Position numbers and translations under genes: made by a program. A stretch of DNA of 64,000 bases from Turneriella sp. (lineage in GTDB: Bacteria; Spirochaetota; Leptospiria; Turneriellales; Turneriellaceae): the NCBI GenBank assembly GCA_965279515.1, contig CBDIID010000003.1, positions 4,776,724 through 4,840,723 on the forward strand, given 5' to 3'. The notes below the pieces were generated by a model. The model saw only the letters and a list, made by a program, of their open reading frames with translations, was not told where the DNA came from and ran no database searches. Positions 46,479 through 56,497 of the stretch are shown in pieces (within the stretch, counting starts at the first letter, position 1; the number at the start of each line of letters is the position of its first letter).

Positions 46479-48259
46479 TGACCAACCTCAGGCCGCTTTT
46501 TGACAAAAATGCGGCGGCGTTCACAGCGCGGCACCGCCTTGTTGGCTCTCCGGATTTTGGCGCCCTATGGCAGGCATTAACTGAGGCAGAACTTCAGGCG
46601 CTGGCCGAAGGTGTCGAAAAGGGCAGGTGGCTATGCAAGGGAAAGCTCCTGCACTCGGAACGCGACCCCCGGCGCGAGGCAACGCGGGCCGCCGAATCGT
46701 ATGCCGCCGCGCAGGCTTTAATCTGTATATCGGCAGGCGCGGGATATCTCTTCGCCGCATTACCGGCAGGGGTCAGAAAGGTTTTGCTGATCGAAAGCGA
46801 TCCCTTTTGCCTGGCTGCGTTTTTTCTTTCGGGTGAATTCCTCACATTCCACGGCGAGCTGACGCTTTTTGCCGACCCTTTAACGCGCGCTGATGCGCTC
46901 GAAGAAATTCTGCCGTGGCTACAGGGAAAAAATCTCAAACGCACACTGATTTACTGCCATGCGGCGATGCTGCAGATTGACAAGCCGCGCCTGACGCGCA
47001 CGTATGAGCGCGTCGTGCAGCTCTTTGAAAAACGCAGCGTCAACCAGGCGACGATTGTGAAATTCCAGCAGCTCTGGAACAAAAATATTTTTCTCAACCG
47101 TCGCGCGATTGCCGCAGGCGGTACGATGAAATCCATATGGGAGGGAAATCCGCCCGAAGCCATTGTGCTTGCGGGTGCAGGCCCGTCGCTGGGGGCATCG
47201 CTGCCAGATCTCAAACAATACCGCAACCGCTTTGTTCTCTTTGCTGCCGATACGGCGCTCATACCCCTCAGCAAAGCGGGCATCCAGCCGGATTTCGTCT
47301 TTTCTGCCGACCCGCAATGGCTGAACCATTATTTTGCCCAAACCAGTGCGGCGGCGCATTCTGTCTGGGTGATGGACCCCGTTGTTTGTCCCGCGATACC
47401 GCGGCATGCGCAGGGCCTCGGGGCGACGGTGCTGTTCTGGAACAATGTTTTCCTCGCCGACGTGCATTTTCGCAGCGAAGATCGCGGTGATGTCGCGCAT
47501 GGCGGCTCGGTATCGACGAATGCATTTGATGTCGCGATGCACTGGCTGAGGCGGCGTGACGCGACGGACACGGGAAAACTCATTCTCGTCGGGCAAGATC
47601 TCTCGTTCAGCAACCGCCAGGCGCATACCAAGGGCGCTGTGCTTGAGGCGCAGGTCTATGCGCATGCAACGCGGCTGCGCACCATGGAGCAGCACAATTA
47701 CCGGCAGATGACGGCGATGCCGGTGCTCTGGCAGCGGGGTATCAGGCAGGAAAAGGTGAGGACGAACGGCAAGCTCAGGATCTTCCACGACTGGTTTGAG
47801 GCGCGCGCTGCGGAGTGCGATAAGGAAAAAATCCGGCTCATCAATGCGACTGTCGACGGTGCCTACCTCAACGGCTTTGAACATCTTTCACTCGGCGATG
47901 CGCTTGCGTCGGTTCCCAACGGGGATTTCCACTTTGCCCCAAAGCCACAGTTTCCCAGGCCAGAGATTCATGGCAATGCGGATTTACTTTCCCGGCTCGA
48001 ACGGATACAGAAAATCATGGCTGAAAATGCGAAGTGGGCCGCAGTGCACAATCCCGATTCCGCGACCGTTGAACGGCTCAACCGCAATGATGCCGAATTC
48101 AAAAACCTGGGTTTTGCCAAAGAAATCGTGGCACTCAACGCGCAGGCATTAATCCTGAAAATCACCGAACAGGGTGATGAGGTCGATGCGCCGGAGTTTT
48201 ACCGGGCGATGGCACGTGCCGCGCGGGCGATCCGTCACTGGGCGGGCAAGGTCTTTTAG
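46478..48259 (+). CDS. Motility-associated factor (Maf_flag10/DUF115) glycosyltransferase-like protein
   Basis: AGAGPSL, ADTA..L...I.PDF, DP, GGSV, ILVGQDL, INAT. Confidence 0.85.
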   Translation: MTNLRPLFDKNAAAFTARHRLVGSPDFGALWQALTEAELQALAEGVEKGRWLCKGKLLHSERDPRREATRAAESYAAAQALICISAGAGYLFAALPAGVRKVLLIESDPFCLAAFFLSGEFLTFHGELTLFADPLTRADALEEILPWLQGKNLKRTLIYCHAAMLQIDKPRLTRTYERVVQLFEKRSVNQATIVKFQQLWNKNIFLNRRAIAAGGTMKSIWEGNPPEAIVLAGAGPSLGASLPDLKQYRNRFVLFAADTALIPLSKAGIQPDFVFSADPQWLNHYFAQTSAAAHSVWVMDPVVCPAIPRHAQGLGATVLFWNNVFLADVHFRSEDRGDVAHGGSVSTNAFDVAMHWLRRRDATDTGKLILVGQDLSFSNRQAHTKGAVLEAQVYAHATRLRTMEQHNYRQMTAMPVLWQRGIRQEKVRTNGKLRIFHDWFEARAAECDKEKIRLINATVDGAYLNGFEHLSLGDALASVPNGDFHFAPKPQFPRPEIHGNADLLSRLERIQKIMAENAKWAAVHNPDSATVERLNRNDAEFKNLGFAKEIVALNAQALILKITEQGDEVDAPEFYRAMARAARAIRHWAGKVF

Positions 48260-48285
48260 ACCAGCAGTTTCCTGAAAGGAAACTG

Positions 48286-49836
48286 TTAGATCTTCAACTT
48301 CAAATATTTTGCCGAATGCCGCCGCGTCTTGGTGAGGAGTGCCGCGTTCTTTTCGAGCGATTTGCCATAGGTCGGAATCATATGTTTGAGCTTCTTTTGC
48401 CACGCCGCCGACTTCATATTGGTTTCAAAACACCGGGCGAGAATATCGATCGCTATCGCTACCGACGTCGAAGCGCCGGGGGATGCGCCCAAGAGAGCAA
48501 CCAGCGAGCTGTCATGGGCGGCGATAATTTCTGTGCCGAATTCAAGCACGCCGCCTTCTTCTTCATCGGCACGTATGACCTGGACGCGCTGACCGGCGAC
48601 CAAGAGTTCCCAGTCTTCGTTCTTTGCCGTCGGCATAAATTCGCGCAGCGCATTCATGCGCTCGTTATGAGACTGGCTCGCCTGTTGTATCAGGTATTTG
48701 GTCAGTGAAATGTTGTGAAGTCCTGCCGCAATCATCGGGATGAGATTTTTGAATTCGAGGGACTTCATGAGGTCGAGATAAGAGCCCTTTTTCAGGAATT
48801 TTGTAGAGAAGCCGGCGTAGGGGCCGAACAGGAGTTCCTTTTTACCGTCGATATAACGCGTATCGAGGTGAGGCACCGACATGGGCGGGGTGCCGCCCGA
48901 TGCCCTGCCATAAACTTTCGCCTCATGGCGTTCGATGATGTCCCTGTTCTTGCAGCGCAGCCATTGCCCGCTGACGGGAAAGCCGCCGTAGCCCTCGGCT
49001 TCCTCAATATCAGATTTTTCGAGCAGCGGCAGCGCGCCACCTCCGGCTCCGATGAAGACGAAGTTTGAATCGACGTGGAATTTTTTCTTTTTCTTCAGGT
49101 TGACGACCGTCATATTCCATTGCCCGTTTTTATCGCGGTGCAGGTCGCGGACTTCGTGGTTGTAATAGACCGTGATCCCGGCGCGGTTGTCGAGATAATC
49201 GAACAGGCTGCGAGTCAGGTTGCCGAAATTGACGTCGGTACCGTAATCGACCCGTGTCGCCGCGATCTTTTGTTTGGCGTCCCGGCCGTCCATAATCAAA
49301 GGCGCCCACTTTTTGATATCCTCAGCATTTGTGGTGAATTTCATACCCTTGAAAAGCGGACTCTTGGTAAGGCCGGCATGGCGTTTTTTCAAAAACGCCG
49401 CGTTTTCATCACCCCAGACAAAACTGATGTGCGGCACCTGGCGGATGAACTTTTCCGGCGACTGGAGATAACCCTTATGCGCGAGATGCGCCCAGAACTG
49501 TTTTGAGACTTCGAACTGCGATGCGATTTTCATCGCCTTGGAACAATCGACGACGCCTTTTTTCTTTTCCGGAGTATAATTGAGTTCGCAGAACGCCGAA
49601 TGCCCGGTGCCGGCGTTGTTCCAGGCGTCGGAGCTTTCACGCGCCGCTTCGCCGAGACGCTCGAAGACAGCGATTGTCAGGCCCGGCTCGAGCTCTTTGA
49701 GCATCATCGCCAGCGTAGCGCTCATAATTCCGGCGCCGATCAGTACAATATCGGGCGTCTCACGGATATCATACCATTCTTTGTTTTCTGAAGCCATACG
49801 CGTCAGATTTTCTTTCTTCTTCTTACCAAATATCAT
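48286..49836 (-). CDS. mqo: Malate:quinone oxidoreductase
   Basis: LIGAGIMSATL, ESS.AWNNAGTGHSA.CELNYT, PPMSVPHLDTR, AGQRVQVI, LLGASPGAST; ATGA overlap with the upstream stop. Confidence 0.96.
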   Translation of the reverse strand: MIFGKKKKENLTRMASENKEWYDIRETPDIVLIGAGIMSATLAMMLKELEPGLTIAVFERLGEAARESSDAWNNAGTGHSAFCELNYTPEKKKGVVDCSKAMKIASQFEVSKQFWAHLAHKGYLQSPEKFIRQVPHISFVWGDENAAFLKKRHAGLTKSPLFKGMKFTTNAEDIKKWAPLIMDGRDAKQKIAATRVDYGTDVNFGNLTRSLFDYLDNRAGITVYYNHEVRDLHRDKNGQWNMTVVNLKKKKKFHVDSNFVFIGAGGGALPLLEKSDIEEAEGYGGFPVSGQWLRCKNRDIIERHEAKVYGRASGGTPPMSVPHLDTRYIDGKKELLFGPYAGFSTKFLKKGSYLDLMKSLEFKNLIPMIAAGLHNISLTKYLIQQASQSHNERMNALREFMPTAKNEDWELLVAGQRVQVIRADEEEGGVLEFGTEIIAAHDSSLVALLGASPGASTSVAIAIDILARCFETNMKSAAWQKKLKHMIPTYGKSLEKNAALLTKTRRHSAKYLKLKI

Positions 49837-51404
49837 TGCGGAATTTTTTTCGTCAGGATTACCTGGTTGCCTTTTTCATTGAAGGTTACCGTGTCGAAGA
49901 CATTGCGTGTCATGATGATACCGCGGCCGTGTTCCAGCATGGCGAGGTAGGGGTCTGTTTTAGCCCGGTCGAGAAAGGTATGGTGATCAAACCCGTCACC
50001 CTCATCAGTGACGCGGAACATCAGTGCGCGGCCGTTGATGAGATAATCGACAAACACGCGCCGGGCAGCATATTTCTGCTCTTTCTGGCGCGCCAGCAGA
50101 AACTCCATATAGTCAGATTTTTCAATGGCGCGCGACTTTTCGTCAAAGGTGATGCCGAGATTGCCATGCTCGATGGCGTTGACGAGAATTTCCCGGAAAC
50201 AGATTCTGATTGTGTTAACCACGGCAGTGGTAAAATAACGCGTCAGGCGTTCGGTGAGTTTTTGACTCAGGATCTCAGCATGTGTGACGTTGTTAGATAT
50301 GACATAGCGGCCCTTTTCCTTGTCGAGAAAGCGCTGTGAGATATCCTGTTCGATGCGCGATATCTTGCCGATGAGCTCGGCCGCATCGGCGACGTCGGGT
50401 TTTTGCAGCGTGATCTGCACATCGACGGGTTCATACATGTGCTTTTTGCGCAGTGACGTACGGAAGCCTACCAGCTTTTTGCCTTCGGCAAAGGCACGCA
50501 TATGTTCGCGCACGATACCGCGGTTGAGATTCGGGTCACCCTCGAGACCGTCGGGGATGAAATCATACAGCTTCTCGCCGATCATCTCTTCAGGGTTAAA
50601 ACCGAGCAGCGTACGCGCGGTCTGGTTCATACTCAGGATCTCGCCGGCCTCGTTCATCTGGAATATCATGTCGCTCGAGTCGTCGACCAGGTGGCGGTAC
50701 TTGGCTTCGGCCATCTCAAGCTTGGGTATGGTTTCGTTCAAGAGGCCCTGTGTGTGATTTTTCTCGTGGGCGAGCAAACGCTCCGTCAGGTGCACCTGTT
50801 TCCAGTTATAGACCGAGTAGATAAAGAGCAGGCCAAAGGCGACGAACCAGCAAAGATAGCCGCCGATTTCCGCTATGTCGGGAGGAATAGGGTAGAGCGG
50901 CGTGATATATTTGTAAGAAGCCAGTGAAGCCACAATCCCCAGCATCATCACCAGCGTATGAAAGAGGACATCCCCCCATCTGCCGAATTCGTAGATGATA
51001 AAGACAACCGGCAATACACTGAACAGAATCAGGTGAATATGCACCCTCTCGCCGAGATAGACGGCGAGCAGAACACAGTACGCCGTATAAGAAATTGTGC
51101 TCAGGTAAGTGACACGGAAAGAACCCGTGCGGTTTTTGTACCAGGTAATGAGGCCGATGAAAAGGGGAAACGCGGTATTGGCGATCGCGAAGGGCAGAAA
51201 ATAACTGATATAGCGGTTAAAATCCTGCCGCAGCAGAAAAAACAAGATCACAAGTTCGACGATGACGAGAAAGGCGTTGGCGAGAAAATTCAGCGAGAGC
51301 AAAAGGTTGAGAACACGATTGAGCTTGATCTCTGTGGGCGTGGAAAAATGCCGCTGCCCCGAGGTCAGATAATTTTCCCACAACGCCGCGGTGCGCTTCA
51401 ACAT
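49833..51404 (-). CDS. Membrane PAS-domain protein with RsbW/SpoIIAB-like ATPase (HATPase_c_2) domain
   Basis: Multi-TM N-terminus; YR.LVD...D PAS; E...NAIEHGN, TDEGDGFD, GRGI; no HisKA H-box seen. Confidence 0.82.
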   Translation of the reverse strand: MLKRTAALWENYLTSGQRHFSTPTEIKLNRVLNLLLSLNFLANAFLVIVELVILFFLLRQDFNRYISYFLPFAIANTAFPLFIGLITWYKNRTGSFRVTYLSTISYTAYCVLLAVYLGERVHIHLILFSVLPVVFIIYEFGRWGDVLFHTLVMMLGIVASLASYKYITPLYPIPPDIAEIGGYLCWFVAFGLLFIYSVYNWKQVHLTERLLAHEKNHTQGLLNETIPKLEMAEAKYRHLVDDSSDMIFQMNEAGEILSMNQTARTLLGFNPEEMIGEKLYDFIPDGLEGDPNLNRGIVREHMRAFAEGKKLVGFRTSLRKKHMYEPVDVQITLQKPDVADAAELIGKISRIEQDISQRFLDKEKGRYVISNNVTHAEILSQKLTERLTRYFTTAVVNTIRICFREILVNAIEHGNLGITFDEKSRAIEKSDYMEFLLARQKEQKYAARRVFVDYLINGRALMFRVTDEGDGFDHHTFLDRAKTDPYLAMLEHGRGIIMTRNVFDTVTFNEKGNQVILTKKIPQ

Positions 51405-51525
51405 GGCCTTAACCGCCGTCACGGCACAGCGAACCAGTGCATCGTAAAGGAGATTGCGCGGCAACGGCGCATTTGCCCGCCGGTCTTTGACTTGACCGCG
51501 CGGCCGGAAAAACAAAACACAAAAA

Positions 51526-53073
51526 ATGTCGACGAAGAACGAGTGGGGTAGCCGCCTCGGAATTATTCTGGCGGTGACCGGTTCTGCCGTTGGCCTCGGT
51601 AACTTCCTGCGCTTTCCCGGGCTCGCCGCCAAGTACGGCGGTGGCACGTTCATGATTCCCTACGTGACCGCATTTCTGCTGCTGGGTTTACCGATCGCTT
51701 ACATCGAATGGGCAATTGCGCGTTACGGTGGCACGCGCGGCTTCCACAGCGCTCCCGGCATCTTCCGCGTGCTCTGGTCGCATAAAGCCGCGCCTTATCT
51801 GGGGGTGCTCGGGCTCATTGTGCCTGTGGGAATCTACATGTATTACGTTTTCATCGAAGCCTGGTGTCTCTATTATGCATGGGGATTCATCACCGGGGCA
51901 CTCAATCTCGGCACCGACGTCGCGGCATACAAAGGCTTTTTCGAGAGTTTTACCGGTTCGGGGGGGAACGGTAGCTTATTCCATGGTTTTTCTCCCGCGC
52001 TGATTTCACTCCTCATCTGCTACGTGTTTAATTTCTTCTTTGTTTACCGCGGCATTGCCGGTATCGAACGTATCAGCCGCTGGGGCATGCCAATTCTGCT
52101 CGTGATCGCCCTCATTGTGCTTGTACGTGTCATGACTTTGGGCACTCCCAACCCGGCATTTCCCGAACGTAACGTCGTCAACGGCCTGGGGCATTTGTGG
52201 AATCCACCGCAGCAGGGTATTCTCACTTCGCTCGCCAATGCGCAGCTGTGGATGGACGCTGCGGGGCAGATCTTTTTTTCCCTCTCTGTTGGCTTCGGCG
52301 TGATCATTAACTACGCCAGTTACCTGAATAAAAAAGACGACATCATGCTATCGGCGACTACGGCTGCAGCGGGCAATGAATTTGCCGAAGTCGCACTCGG
52401 GGGGCTCATCACTGTGCCAGCAGCATTTGTTTTTCTCGGCGCGGCTGGCATCGGCGGTACCTTCGGCCTGGGCTTTGTCTCTTTGCCCGCGGTTTTTGCG
52501 CACATGCCCTTAGGCCAGGTCTTCGGCGCTTTATGGTTTTTCCTGCTGTTCATCGCCGCGATCACCAGTTCGGTTTCGATGATCCAGCCGGGTATAGCCT
52601 TTCTCGAAGAGGGGCTCAATCTCGACCGCAGAAAAAGTTCGGCGGTTCTGCTGCTCATTACCCTGGGGGGATCTCTCTTTGTGGCCTATTATTCTGCCGG
52701 GCTCGAAGCATTGGATACCATGGACTTCTGGGCGGGAACCTTCTTTATATTCGTGCTGGCGCTTTTCCAGGTGATTGTCGCGGGCTGGCTGTTCGGCGTC
52801 GAAAACGTGCTCGCCGAAGCGGCGCAGGGGTCGCGTATGCGGATTCCCAAAATTTTGCCATTCCTTATCAAGTATGTCTGCCCGGCTTTTCTCGGCACGG
52901 TGTTTGTTTTCTGGTGCATACAGAAATTGCCTGAGCAATGGACAAAGATGCAGACCAACCCCGTGACACAGTTTACGGTGATTTTTCTGGTTGCGGCGCT
53001 GGCGCTCTTCCTGGTTTTCACACATTTTGCCGTGCGTAACTGGCAGAAACGTAAAGCGGGGGTACCCGTATGA
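51526..53073 (+). CDS. Sodium-dependent transporter (NSS/SNF family)
   Basis: W.SRLG.ILA..GSAVGLGN.LRFP, GGG.F.IPY, QIFFSLS.GFG, AAITSS. Confidence 0.93.
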   Translation: MSTKNEWGSRLGIILAVTGSAVGLGNFLRFPGLAAKYGGGTFMIPYVTAFLLLGLPIAYIEWAIARYGGTRGFHSAPGIFRVLWSHKAAPYLGVLGLIVPVGIYMYYVFIEAWCLYYAWGFITGALNLGTDVAAYKGFFESFTGSGGNGSLFHGFSPALISLLICYVFNFFFVYRGIAGIERISRWGMPILLVIALIVLVRVMTLGTPNPAFPERNVVNGLGHLWNPPQQGILTSLANAQLWMDAAGQIFFSLSVGFGVIINYASYLNKKDDIMLSATTAAAGNEFAEVALGGLITVPAAFVFLGAAGIGGTFGLGFVSLPAVFAHMPLGQVFGALWFFLLFIAAITSSVSMIQPGIAFLEEGLNLDRRKSSAVLLLITLGGSLFVAYYSAGLEALDTMDFWAGTFFIFVLALFQVIVAGWLFGVENVLAEAAQGSRMRIPKILPFLIKYVCPAFLGTVFVFWCIQKLPEQWTKMQTNPVTQFTVIFLVAALALFLVFTHFAVRNWQKRKAGVPV

Positions 53074-53168
53074 CCACCGCGGGCTGGATTGTCATGGCCT
53101 TATCCGTGACCTCGGTAACCGTGTTTTTCTTTTACAGCCTCTACCTGGCGCTGCGAAAAGACCGGTAG
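53070..53168 (+). CDS. 32-aa single-TM protein, MetS-like small subunit of the NSS transporter
   Basis: ATGA overlap with the transporter stop; MTTAGWIVMALSVTSVTVFFFYSLYLALRKDR; below the ORF-track cutoff. Confidence 0.75.
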   Translation: MTTAGWIVMALSVTSVTVFFFYSLYLALRKDR

Positions 53169-53217
53169 TTGAAATATCAGATGCCTTTGAATGGTTGGTA
53201 AAATTTAGCGGCAGAAG

Positions 53218-53979
53218 TTAGTCACCCGCAACGTTATATCTTTTTGCAAATTTGCTTTTCTCAACTACTGAAATAGTGCCAAAGAACGCGCCGGTGAAAC
53301 AGGTATTTCGCGAGGAAATAAAGAAATTTCTGTTTAGATACTTGGCCAGGGTCTCAAGATAATGAATGGACTGACCATCCATCGCAAACTCAGCAGGGAC
53401 CTGAATCAGTGCAGCATGCATTTTTGTATTGCCCGAAAAATCTCTTAGAATAGCTTCTTTTATTTGCTCGAGTGGGTCTTTGCCAGGGCATCCGAAAAGA
53501 AAAATCTGTATCTCTGTCCCGATTGTTTTGCATTCGACCTTAAAAGGCATGCTGGCTTTAGAAAACAGCATTTCATTCGTCAACGTAAGCGCATCCTTGA
53601 TCTTTTCCATCAAGTGTTGTAATGTTGCCGGTTTTGCGATGTAACCAATCGCGCCGAGTGCATTAGCCTTGAGAACCGATTCCCGGTCTTTGGAGCCAGT
53701 CAGCATTAACACGGGTGGCATTTTTATTTTTTGCTTATTTGCCTTCTCCAGAAGTGTAAAACCGTCAAGCTTGGGCATATTGATGTCGCAAAGCATTAAG
53801 TCAAAATGCCCCTCGCCGAGCAGATCCAGGGCGAGTTGGCCATTTTCAGCATGGTGCAGGATGAAATTGAAGCGCTGTAATGCGGCCAAAATGAATCTTA
53901 CGTATTGTTCATCATCGTCAACAATTAATATATGATATATTTTTAGTTTGCTGCTGTCGGGCATCTGCGCGCATGACAT
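53218..53979 (-). CDS. Response regulator (REC + unknown C-terminal domain)
   Basis: ILIVDDD, CDINMP, MLT, GYIAKP; AT-richer than its flanks; start uncertain. Confidence 0.85.
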   Translation of the reverse strand: MSCAQMPDSSKLKIYHILIVDDDEQYVRFILAALQRFNFILHHAENGQLALDLLGEGHFDLMLCDINMPKLDGFTLLEKANKQKIKMPPVLMLTGSKDRESVLKANALGAIGYIAKPATLQHLMEKIKDALTLTNEMLFSKASMPFKVECKTIGTEIQIFLFGCPGKDPLEQIKEAILRDFSGNTKMHAALIQVPAEFAMDGQSIHYLETLAKYLNRNFFISSRNTCFTGAFFGTISVVEKSKFAKRYNVAGD

Positions 53980-54125
53980 AGAATCTTCCCTGTTTTTCAA
54001 CAACATCTTGAAACGGAAAAGCCGCTTTTCGGTGAGCGAGTTCAGCTTCAACATCCGATTTACGCCGTTTCGCGCCCTTTTATTTATGTACGCGAAGCAG
54101 CCTTGAATCCCGTTTCTCATTATCC

Positions 54126-55439
54126 ATGGTGAAAAAATCCGCATTCCTGAGACTCTTCATCTTCACAGCTTTGCTGTACTCCGGTGCCGTTTTCTCCGCC
54201 GCTCCGCGGCGGCGCCTCATTATCTGGTCGATCGATGGTTTCGCCGCTGGCTATCTCACGAATCCCGATTTCCAGAAAAGCGCCGTCTGGCAGCGGTTAC
54301 TCCGGCGCGGCAAGGTTTTCGCACCTGTGGAAACCACGATCCCGGCGGTGACCTATCCCGCGCACACGGCCATGGTGACAGGCGTTGATACCGCAATGCA
54401 CCGCCTGCATTCAAACCATCCGGTTGACCCCTTTAATCTCTCCAAAGACGGCTGGACATGGTATAGCGAAGACATCCATGCAAAGCCGCTCTGGGATTTC
54501 GCCCGCGAGCAGGGCAAATCGGTCGCCAACATCATGTGGCCCGTCACGATGCTGGGCACGGGCCGGATCAAATACCATATTCCGCAATTCGACCGCGCGA
54601 GGGGGCCCGAAGAGCTGAAACTCATGCGTGCGATATCGACACCGGGGCTGCACCGTGAAGTCGAAGCACATACCCAGGTGCAGCTCAATGAACATTCGGG
54701 CGATGCCGAGCGTATCCGCGCGGGCAAATATATCTGGAAAACAAAAAGGCCCGACCTGATGTTGCTCTATAATCCGGGACTCGATACCCTGGAGCATGGG
54801 AACGGTGCGTATTCCGCCGCCGCGCTCGCGCACCTGGAATTTTTAGGGGCAGAGATTGAGTTATTCCTGAAAGAACAGGGGAAACTTCGCGCGCGCGACC
54901 GCACCGCTGTGCTGATTGTCTCAGACCATGGTTTCATGACGTTTCACGGCAAATGCCATCCCAACGCGATTCTAAAGAATATGGGCTACATCGATGCGGC
55001 AAAACAACGCTGGCAGTATGCCTTCGACACTGCGGGTGGTGTGGCGCGGCTGGTCGCCAATAACAATGCGCCGGCTTTCAGAAAGCAGGAATTCGGCGAT
55101 ATCTTAACGCAGAATTGTCCCGATATCGAGCTGGTTGCGGCTGGGCATGAGGACTTTGCCCGTTTGAAATCCCGTTACGATGCGAAAGCCCAGGTCTTTT
55201 TGGTGGGTCGCGCCAATGTGCTCATGAGCGCTTCAGCGAATAAAGAGATCTACAACGCCGAAGCCACGGGGCATACGCATGGCTTTTTGCCCGACCGTCC
55301 CGATATGCATACGCTGGCGATCGCTTTTACTCCCGACCGCAGAAGCCCCGTCAAAATCACACAAACGAAGGATACCTTTCGCTTCGCCTGTTCATGGCTG
55401 AAGCTGAAGTGCCCGGCCCGAAAGCGCGTGGCTCAGTGA
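54126..55439 (+). CDS. Exported alkaline phosphatase-superfamily / nucleotide pyrophosphatase-phosphodiesterase
   Basis: Signal peptide; SIDGF, P.VTYPAH..MVTG, D..EH, VSDHG, HGF. Confidence 0.88.
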   Translation: MVKKSAFLRLFIFTALLYSGAVFSAAPRRRLIIWSIDGFAAGYLTNPDFQKSAVWQRLLRRGKVFAPVETTIPAVTYPAHTAMVTGVDTAMHRLHSNHPVDPFNLSKDGWTWYSEDIHAKPLWDFAREQGKSVANIMWPVTMLGTGRIKYHIPQFDRARGPEELKLMRAISTPGLHREVEAHTQVQLNEHSGDAERIRAGKYIWKTKRPDLMLLYNPGLDTLEHGNGAYSAAALAHLEFLGAEIELFLKEQGKLRARDRTAVLIVSDHGFMTFHGKCHPNAILKNMGYIDAAKQRWQYAFDTAGGVARLVANNNAPAFRKQEFGDILTQNCPDIELVAAGHEDFARLKSRYDAKAQVFLVGRANVLMSASANKEIYNAEATGHTHGFLPDRPDMHTLAIAFTPDRRSPVKITQTKDTFRFACSWLKLKCPARKRVAQ

Positions 55440-55603
55440 AAAAGCCGCCCGAAAACCGGAAACGCTGAATTTTGCCCGTTACCGGGCAAAATCACGCAAA
55501 ACGCTCAGCTGATCAGGCGAATTCACGGCTTTTTTAGGCGCCCGGTGGGACATAATAAAAAATGTATCAAAATAAAAATTCGATCCGTCGAAAATCAAAT
55601 ATA

Positions 55604-56497
55604 ATGGCCGCCAAACGTAACTTCGTCAGCAACTTCAAGGAATACCTGAGTCTGGAGCGGGGGCTCTCTGAGAACAGTATATTCTCTTATATCTCTGACG
55701 TCCACAAACTCGAAAAATTTCTGACGAAGGAAAAGAAGCAGCTACAGTCCGGCTCGCAAAAAGATATCACGAACTTCCTGCGCGAAGAGTCACGCAAGAA
55801 GCTTTCGAGCCGCACGCGCGCCCGGGTTGTGGCTTCGCTGCGCCAGTTCTATGGTTATCTCGAAAACCGCAAGCTGATCGAAACCAACCCGATGCAGATG
55901 ATCGAGGCGCCGAAGATCGAAAAGGCGCTGCCAGATTTTCTCACGCAGGATGAAATTCGTAAATTATTCTCTGTTTTCCGCGAAGAGAGTTTGCTCGAGC
56001 TGCGCGACAAGACGATGTTCGAATTTTTGTATTCTGCCGGCCTGCGTATTTCCGAAGCCTGCACACTGCTTCTGCCCGACGTCGACCGCGAGAACCAGGT
56101 TCTGACCATCAAAGGCAAGGGCGGCCGCGAGCGCCTTGTGCCCTATGGTGAAGTTGCATCCCGTTTGCTCGACCACTATATGGACAAGGCGCGCAATGAA
56201 ATTCTCAACCAGTATGAATCCGAATTCGTCTTTGTTTCGAAAAAGGGCGGGGCACTTTCGCGCAAGAGTGCATGGCGCTTGCTCAAACGCTACATGAAGC
56301 GCGCCGGCATCGGCCGCAATATCACGCCGCACACGCTGCGCCATTCTTTCGCCACCCACCTTCTGCAAAACAAGGCGGATCTCCGCTCTGTGCAGGAACT
56401 TTTGGGCCACATGGATATTGCCACGACACAGATCTATACCCATCTCGCGAACAACGAACTCAAGAAGACCCACGAAGAATTTCACACCCGGAGCTAA
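55604..56497 (+). CDS. xerD: Tyrosine recombinase XerD
   Basis: ERGLSENS..SY.SD SAM-like N-domain; LRD..M.E.LY..GLRISE, GKG..ERLVP, PHTLRHSFATHLL, VQELLGH..I.TTQIYTH. Confidence 0.88.
   Translation: MAAKRNFVSNFKEYLSLERGLSENSIFSYISDVHKLEKFLTKEKKQLQSGSQKDITNFLREESRKKLSSRTRARVVASLRQFYGYLENRKLIETNPMQMIEAPKIEKALPDFLTQDEIRKLFSVFREESLLELRDKTMFEFLYSAGLRISEACTLLLPDVDRENQVLTIKGKGGRERLVPYGEVASRLLDHYMDKARNEILNQYESEFVFVSKKGGALSRKSAWRLLKRYMKRAGIGRNITPHTLRHSFATHLLQNKADLRSVQELLGHMDIATTQIYTHLANNELKKTHEEFHTRS

Noticed and set aside
55604..56497. Tyrosine recombinase as the integron integrase for the cassette array
   Set aside because: XerD-like length and motifs, no IntI-specific insertion visible before the HxLRH box, 19 kb from the array, and in a housekeeping context
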